Shown piece by piece: positions 12,163 to 24,919 of a DNA stretch of 64,000 nucleotides. Position numbers and translations under genes: made by a program. Position 1 is the stretch's first letter. Each line of letters opens with the position of its first letter. The notes under the pieces are model-generated. The model was not told where the DNA came from. It ran no database searches and worked only from the letters and a program-made list of their open reading frames with translations. Source of the stretch: Prorocentrum cordatum (Eukaryota); assembly GCA_963575745.1 (NCBI GenBank), contig CAUYUJ010000015.1, positions 1 to 64,000 of the forward strand. Direction: 5' to 3'.

Positions 12163-12720
12163 CTTCTCCTCTTCCTCTTCCTATTCCTCCCTCGCCCACT
12201 CCTTGTTTTTTCCACGCAGAGAACTTCACAGGCCTCCCGACGCGGCCGGGGTCCTGAGCAAGAGCCGCAGAATCCAGAGAAACCGGCCCTCGATCCTCGA
12301 TCCTGCTCGCCTCTGCTCCCTGGTCCCTCCCTTTCCCCCGAGGCACCTCCTCCTGAAGCTGCTGCGCACCGACCAGCGCCTCGCCGCGCAGGACCTGGGA
12401 CCTGCCGGTTCCTCCGAAGGCGCCTCGGAGGCGTGGGCTGCCGCCGAGAGGCGCGGCTGCTCGTCAACGACGACGACGACGGCGTCGACCCGACGACGAG
12501 GGTCCAGATTTGAGAAAGAGCGCGTTCTGTGGTCGCTTTGAGGGGGGGGGGGTTGGAACTGGACCCCCTCCCTTGCCTCCCCTGCTTCCCCTCTCTTCGG
12601 GCCGGCGCTTGCGACGGCGGCGGCTGGCGGCGGCGGCGGGGACGACGATTTCTTTTTCTGGGCCCGCGCAGGCGCCTGCGGCGGCGGGCGGCGGCGGCGG
12701 GGAGCGTCGACGAGGACGAC

Positions 12721-13975
12721 GGTGGTGGTGGTGGTGGTGGTGGTGGTGGTGGGTTGTGGTGGGTTCTGGTGGTGGTGGTGGTGGTTGTGGTGGTGGTGGT
12801 GTGGTGGTTTGTTATGGTGGTGGTGGTTGTGGTGGTGGGTGGAGGTGGTTGTGGTGGTTTGGTGTGGGCGTGGTGGTCGTTTGTGGGGGTAGTGGTGGTG
12901 GTGGTGGTGGTTGTGGTGGTGGTGGTGGTTGTGGTGGTGGGTTGTGGTGGTGGTGGTGGCTTGGTGGTGGTGGTTTGTGGTGGTGGTGATGGTGGGTCGT
13001 GGTGGTGGCGGTGGTTTGTGCAGGTGGTGCTGGTGGTGTGGTGGCGGTGGGCGGTGGTGGTGGTGGTGTGGTGGTTTGTGGTGGTGGTGGGTTGTGTTGC
13101 TGGTATTGGTGGTGGTTGTGGCGGTGGTGGTGGTGGTGGTGGTGTGGTAGACTGGTGGTGGTGGTAATGGTGGTATGTTTTCGTGGTGGTGGTGGTGATG
13201 GTGAGTTGTTGTTGTGGTGGTTGTGGTGGTGTGGTGGTGGAGTGGTGGTGGTTTGTGGTGGTGGTGGTGGGTTGTTGTGGTGGCGGTGGTTAATGGAGGC
13301 GGTGCTGGAGGTGGTGGTGGCGGCGGTGGTGGTGGTGGTGTGGTGGTGGTGGTGGTGGCGGTGGGTTGTGCTGCTGGTAGTGGTGGTGGTTGTGGCGGTG
13401 CTGGTGGTGGTGTGGCAGATTGTGGTGGTGGTGGTGGGTTTCTGTGGTGGTGGTGGTGATGGTGAGTTGTGGTGGTGGTTGTGGTGGTGGTGGCTGTGAT
13501 GGTGGTGGTGGTGGTGTTGTGGTGGTGGGTTGGTGGTGGTGGTGGGTTGAGGCGGTGGTGGTGGTGGTAGTGGTGGTGGTGGTAGTGGTGGTAATCGTCG
13601 CTGCGTCCCCGCCGTCGCCCGCGCGGTGGCGGTGGTTTATGAGGTGGTGCTGGTGGTGGTGGTGGTGGTGGCGTGGTGCTGGTGGTGGTGGTTGTGTGGT
13701 GGTTTGTGGTGGTGGCGGTGGATTGTGCTGGTGGTGGTGGTGGTTGTGGTTGTGGGGTGGTGGTGGGTTGTGCAGATTGTTGGGGTGGTGGTTGTCGTGG
13801 TGGGTTTTTGTGGTGGTGGTGGTGATGGTGAGTTTTGGTGGCGGTGGTGGTTGTGGTGGTGGCGGTGGTGGCTGTGGTGGTGGTGGTTTTGTGGTGGGTT
13901 GGTTGTGGTGGTGGTGGTGGGTTGAGGCGGTGGTGGTGGTGGTGGTGGTAGTAGTGGTGGTGGTAGTGGTGGTAA
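12721..13975. repeat. (GGT)n microsatellite with higher-order duplications
   Basis: Degenerate ggt array; the block gtaatcgtcgctgcgtccccgccgtcgcc repeats at ~13591 and ~13972. Confidence 0.95.
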
Positions 13976-15974
13976 TCGTCGCTGCGTCCCCGCCGTCGCC
14001 GGCGCCAGCGCCGGCCGGCGCCAGCGCCGGCCGCCGCCAGCGCGGGCGCCGGCGCGAGGGGAGGGGGTTGAACTACCCCCTCTCCCCCTCCCTTGGGCTG
14101 CGGGGGGGTTGGACCCCGCCTCCCCCCTCCCTTGGGCTGCCTCTGGTCATCGTCGCTGCGTCCCCGCCGTCGGCGCTGCCAGCGGCCGCCAGCGCCGGCG
14201 CCGGCGCCGAGGGGGGGGGGGCTTGAACCCTCCCCTTGGGAGGAGGGGGGGGGAGGTTCGGGAGGGGGGGTTTGGGGGGGAGGAGTGTCCCCCTGGTTTT
14301 GGTCGACGGCGCCGAGTGTCGGGGGGGGGCCTACGCCCCCGTTCGAAACGCGCCGCCGAATGTTCCCAAGGCAAGCGCCCGTGAAACGCGTTCTCTCTGA
14401 TTTGACTTCAGGAGGCCTCTTGGGGGCCTTTGGCGGCCGTTGGCGGCTCTCCGCGGCTCTCGGCTGCGGAGGTCAACGGTGGCATCACATGTCGTGCTGC
14501 GTGGCACCACGCTGTTGGCCAGGGCGCGCCCGCGCGGGCGATTGTCCTCGCAGCCGCGCCAGCAACTTCGGAACCTGCCCAACGCCGTCGCATCCGCAGG
14601 GCACCTCGCCTTCATCTGCCTGACCACCGCAGAGCTTCATCATCAATCGACGGGTCCTGCGGAAAGCCAGTCCTAACGTTTTCCACCGACTTAGGGCTCC
14701 AAGGGCCCTCCACGGGCCCCGGGACTGTTTGAAAACGAATCAGGGCGAAAAAATTGTTTTGGGGGAAGTCTCCCGATCCAGGATTCGTTTCCCTGAGGAC
14801 CCGTTTGCTTTACCTATGCCAAGAGCTCGCCGTCGCACTCGCGTGGCGCATGTCACAGAGATCCTGGTCGGCAGCCTCCGTGGCCGCCGCGGGGCTGCAT
14901 CGTCGCCGTCGCTGTCGGTCCCGCTGTCGGCGATGCCGCCGCAAGCGCCTTGCCTCCGAGCGCGCGGATCACTGGCAGGAGCCAGCGGCAGGCACCCCCA
15001 TCCAGCGTCATCCGCGCCTCCGTGCCTTGGAGCCCCAAGCGGCGCCAGGCCAGGAGGCCGCTCAGATGCCGTTGCGGCCCCGTCGCCCCCATAATGCCGC
15101 ATGCGGGCGGCAGCACTTGGGCCTTCGGTGGGGCTCCCTATGGGGCCACGAAGCGTGTGAGGGGTGTGCCGAATTGGGTGTGCGGGACGCATGCGGGCGG
15201 CAGCACTGGGGCCTTCGCGGGCGCGCTTGATCGCCACGCAGCGCCTGCCCAGGTGGCCGCGGAGTTGCCCTTGTGCCACCGTCGCCGCCCGGCGCTGCAA
15301 AACCTGACGCTCGACTTCTTTCCTCAATGAGCCCCCCTTCACGAGACTCACGCTCGGCCGATTCCCGTCGGCCTGCAGGCTGCGCGGGGCGGCCCCAACT
15401 CATTCCCACGGCTTGCCAGCTACCCTCAGCAGGCGCAGAGTGTGCCATGCGAGCACTGCAGCCTTTCGCTCCCGTTATGCGCTGTGCATTGCAGGCCGCT
15501 TGGTGGCCCTCCTAGTGATTATCGTCTCCGACATTGTCATGAGTGGCGCGGCGCCAGTCCCTGCCAGCCGCTGGGCAGCCCATCGATCCGACGTCGCCGT
15601 AGGGCAGCACGCCGCCGGCTGCCTCCACGGCTGCCGCTCTGCTGCCTGTCTCGCCATCCCCCGCCACCGGCGCCGGCTCCGATGGGGTAGACGAGGGGGC
15701 GGCTCGTGGACTCCTCTCCGCCCCTCCGCACGAGCGTCAAGGTCGACAACCAGGATTTACTCTTCCCCCTGCGTCAAAACTTTGGATGTGCTACCTCGCG
15801 GTTTCGATGCATGCCTTCGTCTTCCATGCGCCCCAGATCACCGAGGCTGTGGCCTCGCCCACCTGATCCAAGCCAGGCCCGGACGGTCGTCCGCGGAGGT
15901 GGTCGCGCGTTCGTTCCCCTCCGCAGCGTCCAGCTCGTCCGCCGCCAGCGCCGCACGGGCCACGCCGGTGACGT

Positions 15975-16315
15975 GGCATCACTCGGACGTGTGCACTGTT
16001 CTCGGCGAGGACCATCGAGGAGCATCCTGGATCCTCGTGGCAAAAGATACCCACGAGACCCACTGAACGCACGGGGGAATGGACTCGGGTATAGCCAGGA
16101 CCCCAGGCAAGGGGACCCTGTAAGTGGTAGGGCCCTGGGGCCCTTGACTTGGCCAGAATATCACTAAGCCAGGTCTGCCGTAGCCGGTGTTTTTCGGGCG
16201 ACCGCAGCCCCGGTTCGTGGAACGGGGCGGGGGCGGCCTCCCCCAGCACACATCCCTAAGCCAAGCTCCACGAAACCCAGTTCTGCCAACGCCCGATGGA
16301 CGTCCGAGCGATGGC
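15975..16315. mobile_element. MITE, copy 2 of the 5533 family with a longer interior
   Basis: ggcatcactcggacgt ... acgtccgagcgatggc; the interior start aligns with 5549-5612. Confidence 0.6.
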
Positions 16316-17537
16316 ACGGTGAGCTGCTGCGCCCGGGGCGGCGGGACGGCCGCGCCCATGGCGGGCGGCGGCGCCGACGCCCCGCGCGGCGAGCAGGGCC
16401 CCAGGCTCGGCCAGCAGTTGGCGCGCGGGCACGCCTGCCGTCCCAGGGGGCCGCGCCCACAGGGGCCAGGCGCCAGAGCTTGAGCCTCGGACCGCTGTGG
16501 TGGTGGTGCTTACCACGTGGAGGGGGGCGGGAGAGGGAGGGGGAGGAACAGGACGACGGCGACGGCGGGGAGGAGGAGCAGGAGGAGGAGGAGGAGGACG
16601 ACGACGGCGACGACGACGAGGAGGAGCAGAGGAGAGGAGAGGACAGGACGAGGACAGGCAAGGAGGATGAGGAGGCGGGGGAGGAAGAGGACGAAGATGA
16701 TGACGAGGAAGGGGACGTGCACCAGCGTGAGTAGGAGCACAATGAGAGGCAAGTGGTAAGGACGAGGGAAGGGAAAAGAACAGCAGCAGCGACAGGAGAA
16801 AAGGAGAAGGTCGTGGAGCACAGCAGCGACAGCAAGTGGAAGAGCAGGATGGTGGAGCGGCAGCGGCAGTAGCAGCAGGGCGAAGGGGATGCACTTGCCT
16901 ATCCCCTCTTGCTTTCCTCTGGAGCAGCAGGAGGAGGAGGAGGAAGCTCAGGCGGCTGCGCCTCTAACTAACGATGGTCCAGCTTGATCGGTCGCGTGCG
17001 CGGCGGGCCCGCGGCGCGGCATAGACGAGGACGTGGCCGCCTTCGGCTACGTGCGAGGAGGAGGAGGAGGAGGAAGAGGAGGAGGATGAGGAGGAGGAGG
17101 AGGAGGAGGAGGAGGAGGAGGGGGAAGAGGGCAAGCTAGGTGCGCTCGCGTCATATCTGACGTCCTACCCCTCCCTCCCATCCCTTACCATGGCGCTGAT
17201 TTTCTCTATCCGCGGACGCGTGTCGTAGCGGACCTGTGGCTCCGCGCGCGCGTGCGTAGTGGGTGGTGGTGCGCGTGCGTGCGTGCGTGCGTGTGCGTGG
17301 TTGTGGTGGTGCTGGTGCTGGTGGTGGTGGTGGTGGGTGCTGGTGTGGTGCTGGTGGTGGTGGTGGTGCTGGTGCTGGTGGTGGTGCTGGTGCTGGTGGT
17401 GGTGCTGGTGCTGGTGCTGGTGCTGGTGGAAACACCGATCCGAAAATGAGGCCCACGCTGCAGCGGGAGCACGATTCGGAACGATTCGGGAGCAGAAATG
17501 AGGCCGGCGCCTCAACGAGAGCAGCATTTGGGGAAAA

Positions 17538-19087
17538 TTATCCCGGCAAAGCAACCTAACAGCGATGTGTAGAAGCATATCTGAAAGCATTCCCCTTAAG
17601 ATTCAGATGAAAATCCAGTTGTCGAATTCTGCTGTTCTCGCAGTCGTAGTCGCATTCGCGATGACAGTCGCAGCGGCAACGGCAGTCGCAGTCACAGCCT
17701 CAGCCTCAGCCTGCCTCCTCCTCCTCCTCCTCTTTCTCCTGCTCCTCCTCCTCCTCCTCCTCCTCCTCCTCCTCCTCCTCTTCCTCCTGCTCGTCCTCGT
17801 TCTCGTCCTCCTCGTCTTGCTCGTCCTCCTCCTCCTGGTGCTCTCTCCTCCTCCTCCTCCTCCTCCTCCTCCTCCTCCTCCTCCTCCTGGTGGTCCTCGT
17901 TCTCCTCCTCCTGGTGCTCTCCCCCCCCCTCCTCCTCCTCGTCCTCCTCCTCCTCCTCCTCCTCGTCCTCCTCCTCCTCTTCCTCCTCCTCCTCCTCCTC
18001 CTCCTCCTCCTCCTCCTCCTGGTAGTCCTCCCCCTCCTCCTCCTCCTCCTCTCTCTGGTCGTCCTCGTTCTCGTCCTCCTCGTCTTGCTCGTCCTCCTCC
18101 TCCTGGTGTTCTCTCCTCCTCCTCCTCCTCCTCCTCCTCCTCCTCCTCCTCCTCCTGGACCTCGTTCTCCTCCTCCTGGTACTCTCCCCCCCTCCTCCTC
18201 CTCTCGTCCTCCTCCTCTCCTCCTCCTCCTCCTCTCCTCTCTCCTCCTCCTCCTCCTCTCCTCCTGGTACTCCTCCCCCTCCCCTCCTCCTCCTCCTCCT
18301 CCTCTTCCTGGTCATCTCCTCCTCCTCCTGGTCGTCCTCCTCCTCCTGCTCGTCCTCCTCCTCCTCCTGCTCGTCCTTCTTCTCCTGCTCCTCCTGCTCC
18401 TCGTCCTGCTCGTCCTCGTCCTCCTGGTCTTGCTCGTCCTCCTCCTCGTCGTGCTCTTGCCCCTGCTGAAAATGTGGCCCAGGAATGGGAGTTCTGGGAA
18501 GTCGAAGAGCACGAAGTTGCCTACAGTTAGCTACGGGCATTCAAAATGTGCCCGGGAATGGAGTTCTGGGAACTCGAAGAGCACGAAGTGGCCTACAGTT
18601 GGCTCCGGGCATTCAAAATGTGGCCCGGGAATGGAGTTCTGGGAACTCGAAGACCACGAAGTGGCCTACAGTTGGCTCCGGGCATCCAAAATGTGGCCCG
18701 GAATGGAATTCTGGGAACTCGAAGAGCACGAAGTGTGTGACTGTTGCATCCGGCCCTCCAGAATGTGGCCCGGGAATGGAGTTCTGGGAACTCGAAGAGC
18801 ACGAAGTGTGTGACTGTTGCATCCGGTTATTCAAAATGTGGCCCGGGAATGGCGTTCTGGGATCTCGAAGAGCACGAAGTGTGTGACTGTTGCATCCGGG
18901 TATTGAGAATGTGGCCTGGGAATGGAGTTCTGGGAAGTCGAAGAGCACGAAGTGTGTGACTGTTGGTGAAAAACGAGCCCGGCACCTGCCGCCCGGCAAC
19001 TCCCAACACCTGCCCGGACCCCCCTGTGGAGTGATCTGCTGCTCTCTTTTGATCCCACTAGAAACCTATCAGTCTTCGCTGTTAGGT
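17538..19087 (-). mobile_element. Non-autonomous element family 1, copy A: asymmetric subterminal IRs, ~60 bp tandem array, (CCT)n payload
   Basis: acctaacagcga (17554) and tcgctgttaggt (19076) are inverted; shares both ends and the 60 bp array with 58282-59278; the empty-site version of its host repeat is visible at ~19277-19320. Confidence 0.75.
18465..18965. repeat. ~60 bp tandem repeat (aatgtggcccgggaatggagttctgggaactcgaagagcacgaag...), ~8 units
   Basis: Direct reading; the same unit occurs inverted at 58400-58790. Confidence 0.95.
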
Positions 19088-19799
19088 AAAAATGACGCCG
19101 GCGCCTCAGCGAGAGTCGTTTCCCGGGATTTCCCGGGCATCCTGTGTGTAAAAAACAGTACGCGGAGGGTGCGCGGCTATCACCCGGACGCCATCAGGGG
19201 AAGGATTCGGGAGCAGAAATGAGGCCGGCGCCTCAACGAGAGCAGCATTTTTGGAAAAAATGACGCCGGCGCGAGAGCAGCATTTTGGGAAAAAATGACG
19301 CCGGCGCCTCAGCGAGAGTCGTTTCCCGGGATTTCCCGGGCATCCTGTGTGTAAAAAACAGTACGCGGAGGGTGCGCGGCTATCACCCGGACGCCATCAG
19401 GGGAAGAGGGAGAGTATATTCATATTGAGTAATTGTGGAGGATGAGAGAAGGAGCAGGAGGACGTGGACGGGGGAGAACGAAGGGAAGGAGCGACAGGAT
19501 GAGGGGGAGGAGGGGGGAGTAGTGGGGAGGAGGGCTATCCTGCACCCTCCCTTCCCGAGCTGTGGTACTCAGCGTGGACAGATTCTTGGTGTCACAGAAA
19601 GACTCTGGACGCTGAAGGGATGCTGCGACCTGGTCACGGCGCCAGGCGTCCAAGACCAAGGGGGCTAATGTGCCTGGCCCCGCAGACATGCAGGGACCTC
19701 CGAGTGGGGCCGGGGGGGGAGCTAGTGGGCATCGTCGACATGGTTGAGGAGGTGGGTTCTTGACCACTGAAACTCCAACTCGCTATATGCGCTACGCTG

Positions 19800-22700
19800 C
19801 CTAAGCCGGGAGGGGGTGAGCGCATTTCTGGCGTTCTGCACAACATCTGTGGCATTTGGCCACGAGCGCGTTCAATTGATACCAATGCCTGGTCGGACTC
19901 CAGGCAATGTTTGGGGCATCGCTATTAAGCATTCGTCCCGGCTGCTGTCATAGACGAGGCAGTACATAACCCAGGTTTCGAGGAGCCAGAACTGATGCTA
20001 GATTTTTCAAATTTCATGACAGCGTGAGGGCACCCTGCGGTGGTCACCGTGTTGGAAGCCCGGATTAGTTTGGTGCCACGGGTCTTAAAAGACCAGGGCA
20101 AAGGTCAGCGAGGAGATTCCTACCAGGCACTTGGCGCCTGCGGGGCCCTTCGAAGGAGCGTCGCTGGCCAAAGTCATCTCGGGGCCCAGACTGCAAGAGG
20201 CGCATGGCCAGCGCGCCACGCAGCAAGCCAAAGCCTCTTCGGCAGGCGTGGCCGCACAGCTCTCTGACGCTGCGCGGTCCTAGCCGGAACCGCTTTCCAG
20301 GCAGAGGCTCCAGATTGACCCCAAGACCTAGTTGCAGGCCGGTTATTCGAAACTCGGGTTGGTGATGCCAGCCTCTCTCTTACGCAGAGGACTTTTGATT
20401 TGGGGTGCAATGCGGCTTGTGGCGCGCGGCGTTCGCGCATCAAAGTCCAAGAGCGCCAGAGGAAAGGCCGATCCACGGGCGTTCGGAATCTCAGGCCCAG
20501 GCAGCACGCAGAATCAGACCCAGGCGGCACGCAAAGGAGCCCTTCTGCAGTCGGCGCACGGGCATCAAGCGATGGTCCCTGCCTCTGCGGCGATTTTGCA
20601 GTTGACAACAAGCCGCGGCCGAGTACCATGCAAAACCCTGCGAGGGACGCCTTGGAGCGACAGCGTCGTCGGCGCAAAGCTGGTTTGTCACCATACAGTC
20701 TGCCCGCGATACGGTAGGGTGACCGTGAAGGCATTGCATAGTGCATCGTTTTGAGCAGCTTGCGAAGAATTATTCACCTTGAAGGCGCGAGTGCGGCGGC
20801 GCATCCGCGCTTGCCGACCGTCGGCACGCATCGCACCTGCTCTATCCTCGAAGACAGGCCCTTGCAGGAGAGGCTGAGAATCTTTCAATGAACGCTTGTA
20901 TCGCTGAATCGTGAGTAACCCCAGCGGTAGCACCCTGCGTCGTTAGTTTCCTCAGCTCGCATGCACGCGACCATCGATGCCAGGCCGCCACGAGGCCAGG
21001 AGGCCTGGACGCCAGCATGGCAAAATCCCAGGATGCCATGCTGATTGCGCAACCTGCGGGCTCTGCGGGACCTGCGGAACAGTTCGGGCCAGTGCCGCTT
21101 GCGGGGCCTGCGGGGCATGTGGGACGCGCGCGACTCGTGTGAATTGTGGGGCCAGTGCCATTTGTGAGGCCTGCGTGGCGCATGGGACTCGAGTCTTCTG
21201 GGACCTGTGGGACCTTCGAGACCCATGGGGCCTGTGCGACCCGCGCGACATGCGGGGCGCGTGCAACTTGTGGGGCCTGTCGGACCGGTGACACTCTGCC
21301 AAACCTGCTGAGCTTGTGCTTGGATTCGCGAGCGCCAGGGATACCAGGGACGCCATGGGAGCCTGGGCGCACACTTGCCAGGATGCCCATATGCCAGGAC
21401 GCGAGCGCCAAGACGGCTTTGCGCACACAACCTGGAACCAATATCCATGGGTTCCGCTGCCCCCAGCCCCCTTCGCAAATCAGAGAGTAGCATTGCCGCG
21501 ACCCCAGAGGCTCTTAAGGAGTTCGGGGCCCCTGCGTCGACGCCCCAGTAATTGGCGGCCCCCTGGCAACAAAAGCTCGGGCCTGGGACCGCGAAGACGA
21601 CGACCTGGAGCACGTGGCACGAGGCTCCGGGGCCAGGGCCCTCGGCCACTGGAAGGACACCAAGGGCGCGCAGCTCACCGAGCAGGCGCGACAACGTCCA
21701 GACGTCCTCGAAGCCCTGCGCCATCAGTCCCGCAGATGCCATCAACTCTCAACTACCTGACGTCTGTCGGCAATTGGCCGGGATGCACCCGCAGCCAAGC
21801 CATCTGGCTGTCCCTTGGGGAACCTACCGACGTCCAGCAGATCCACCTCGACGGCGTCGCGTTCGATTTCTACCAGATCATCGGCAATCATTGGAAGGGG
21901 GCTCGCACCACCCAGTTTATCTTGGGTGATGAGCCGTCAGCGGTGACAGACGGCAGAGGGCTGGGCGGAACGCTCGACGACTGCGTCATTGACGTTCCCG
22001 AGGACACCGCCAGCGCTACCGACGGTGGGTCACCGTCAGCCTGTTTCGGCCATGCCGGGGGAGACTGGCAGCGACATGTCTGGCCACGTCCAGCGGCCGG
22101 CGTCAGCGCCAGAGCATCCACGCGCAGTGCCGCCATTACTTGCGCGGGGCCTCCTTGGACGACCATGCCACGCTAGAGGAGGGCGACGACGCGGGCAGAC
22201 AGGTGGAGTTGCATCTGGACCCATGGGTAAAGTGCATATGTTTCGAGAGGCGGCCGCTCAAAGGCGCCCGAAACGAGATGGACCCCAGACGCGTCTTCAA
22301 GTGGAAGCACCGGAACGGACCAGACGGCAGAGCTGCCCAGGTCATGAGATGCAGGGGCTTCCGCGACGCGGGCGCTGGAGCCTCGGCGACGTTCGCTGTG
22401 ACAGCGAAGCGGGCGTCTCAGCGCCCACTACCTGCAGAGGCGGCGCGTCGCCCCGACCGGGCGCGCGTCGCCGTCGACGTCGAGGCGGCACTCCCGCAAG
22501 GCATGGCTTTCGCAGAGATGCAGGAGCAAGGCGAAGCACTTCGAGGGGTGAACTTCGCGCTGCCACCCAGCAGCATAGCCATTCTCAGGCAGGCGCCTGG
22601 CTGCGAGAGCTTCTGCGGCTGGACCGAGCGCCTGCGCTGCGTCGAGTCGAGCCGGGCACGGACTGCAAAGATGCGCCCAGGGCCTTCTCCACGAAGCCCA

Positions 22701-23792
22701 GGTCGCGCGCTCGACTGAACGCGGCGCCAAGCACGGCAGGCGGGGCCCGGGGTTTGAGGTCGAGCGCGCGACGTCCGGCAGCTGCGCTGCCGGCGTCTCG
22801 GAGCTAGTGATCATGTTGTCCAAGCACGTTGACGATCCTAAGATCGCTGGGCAAAGGGGGCACGTCGACCGACTGATCGGCCACGTCGAGAGCGTCTCCG
22901 GCAAGATGAAGGGTGATTACGACGACTTCACCAATTGCTGGTGCAGCAGCACCGCAGTGCCGACTGCGCCGCGACGCTCGACCAGAACGAGTACATCGAC
23001 GCCCTGACGCCCATCGGACACTTTGATCTGGCCAATGCCAAGGCTGACGGGCCTGCCGGAGGTCAGCTTCCCGACCTCTTTGTCTCCCTCCTGGGAGTAG
23101 CTGCCTACGCCCTGCAGAGAGCCAAGAACTAGCTGCTCATCCGACGCGCGATGCAGCTCAACTTTGTTGTTCAGGCCACGCAGAAGATCAGGGCACGCAT
23201 CGCATTTCCATCAGTACAGCGCACAGGCCGACTCAGCGCGCACAGAGACGGGTCTTTCAAGTGGGAGGGGGAGTCTGGATACGGCACGGGAGGGGCCGCA
23301 TACACGCGTCTCGGCAGGTGCCGCCGCACTGGCTAGCGGGCGGGCCAACGGCTGGGCGATGTGAGCCGATCGCACAAGCTCGCGCGCAGATCCTCATGCG
23401 GTTCCGAGCTGCTCGCAGCATGCGGCGCAGCGGGCGGCCTGCTGGCGCGCCTCCTCAAGCTGCGCGAGACGGTGCGCGGCCCCGCCTCTGCCGAGGAGAT
23501 CTGTGGGCCAGGGGGAGAAGGAGGTTGCGCGATCCCCGCGGACGTCGTCATAGACGGCATGTCCGTCTTCGGCACCCTGCTCATGGACCCCCATGGACCC
23601 CGCCCGGCTGCCGCCCGAGAATGGCGCGGCTGGCCGCGCGCGGTGGTTGGCCGACCAGCTGCGCACCAAGCTGATCGACGACTTGCTCTGGTGCGACGCT
23701 CGGGGCGCGCGGGCCGAGGCAGCATTGGCCGAGAGCTAATCCTCTGCGCGATGGACGGTCAGATATACGACATCGACGGGCGAGATCGATGA
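19800..23792 (+). mobile_element. Heavily decayed Ty1/Copia-like pol (integrase, RT, RNase H); no LTRs resolved
   Basis: Integrase-like RPRQHAE..RKGALLQ and GLSPY; RT-like RGFRD..TAKRASQR, VDVEAALPQG, KDAPRAFS, KHVDD, LDQNEYI; RNase H-like RDGSF, RSSCGSELLA, IDGMSVF; order is IN-RT-RH. Confidence 0.75.
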
Positions 23793-24256
23793 GTAGAGCA
23801 CTCTAGTGAGCGGGCTCACCCGGACTGTGTCCGGGTAGCTCGCGGATCCTTAACAGGCGCTCCTATATACCTGCGCATGTTTTCAGGTGGGGGGCAGGTC
23901 AGCCTGTCTCGGCTAGTCCCACGGGCTCCGGCGGGGGCGCTTCCATTCGCGGTTGGCGCAGCGGGGGGTCACTGTACACCTGAATCAAGGGCGTTAAAAA
24001 CGCCCCTACCTTGGGAAACTCTTGTGGGCTGACGGGTGAGCCCTGGATGTCGCGCGTCCTGGCGGCTCTCTGGCCTTTGGGAGCACCCGGGAGGTTTGCG
24101 GACTACGCACTTGTAAGCCAGGGTAGGGGCGTCTTGCATCCCTCAATTGAATGGAGTGAAGTCCGGCAACCCAGGGACATGCCGAAACCAGGGGAATGTG
24201 CCCCCTCGCGGCAACGCAAGCATTATGATAATGGCGGTTAGTATCGCCTTTTTTGC

Positions 24257-24465
24257 ATGGGCGCCCTGGGCAGCTCTTGGGCGCGGGGAGAAGTCGCGGC
24301 GGTGCGTTCGGCCCTTGTCATGCTATTCTTCTTGCTCGTCCGATGCTGCGGGGCGGCTACTGTTGGCTGAGGCGAATCCCCTTCCTGCGCGTCCGCGGGC
24401 GCGTCCGCGGCGCAGGCTTTCGCGATTCGGGATTCGCCTGGCCGCCCCGCATTCGGGGATGCGTT
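24257..24465 (+). repeat. Split direct repeat A1
   Basis: atgggcgccctgggcagctc...gcattcggggatgcgtt, near-identical to 32547-32761. Confidence 0.95.
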
Positions 24466-24919
24466 TTCGGGGCAACAGGAAAGAAAGGTCTAGCTCCCCG
24501 CGCTCGGGAGTTGGGCGCGGGTCGCACGCCGCGCGCGCACGGGCCTCCATGCCGCGACGCGCCGTTCGCAGACGCGCCGCGTGCCTTGCTGCCTTGGCTG
24601 ATTGATTCCGCGCGCGCGCGCTGGCGGCCCTCTCGGCGTCGCTCCTCCTCCTTCTCCCGCGCAGGTTCCGATTCCCCCTCTTCCTCCCCGCGCGCGCGCT
24701 GCGCCTCCGCTGTTCGCAGGTTCCCCCCTCCTCCTCCCCCCCCCGCCGCAGGTGATGATTCCCTCGTCGTTTTGCCGGGCTCGAAAGGTCAGGATTTCCT
24801 GCGCAGGTGATGATTCCCTCGTCGTTTGCCGGGCTCGAAAAGTCAGGATTCTCTCCTATGTCTTTGTCGCGGCGCACGAGGTGCGCGTGGGCCTTGCCGT
24901 CGCGCGTCGCGTCGGCAGG

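Noticed and set aside
12500..14230. Poly-V/W/G membrane-protein ORFs; likewise poly-H/I at 36223-37475, poly-P/E at 17565-18813, poly-V/S/R at 60995-62358
   Set aside because: Translations of trinucleotide microsatellites
18465..18965. CRISPR-like regular array (also 34395-35830 and 58400-58790)
   Set aside because: Whole ~60 bp units repeat with no unique spacers, no cas genes, eukaryotic context; these are satellites
23800..24256. 3' LTR of the plus-strand Copia split by the YR element
   Set aside because: No matching 5' LTR found upstream of 19800, so nesting cannot be shown
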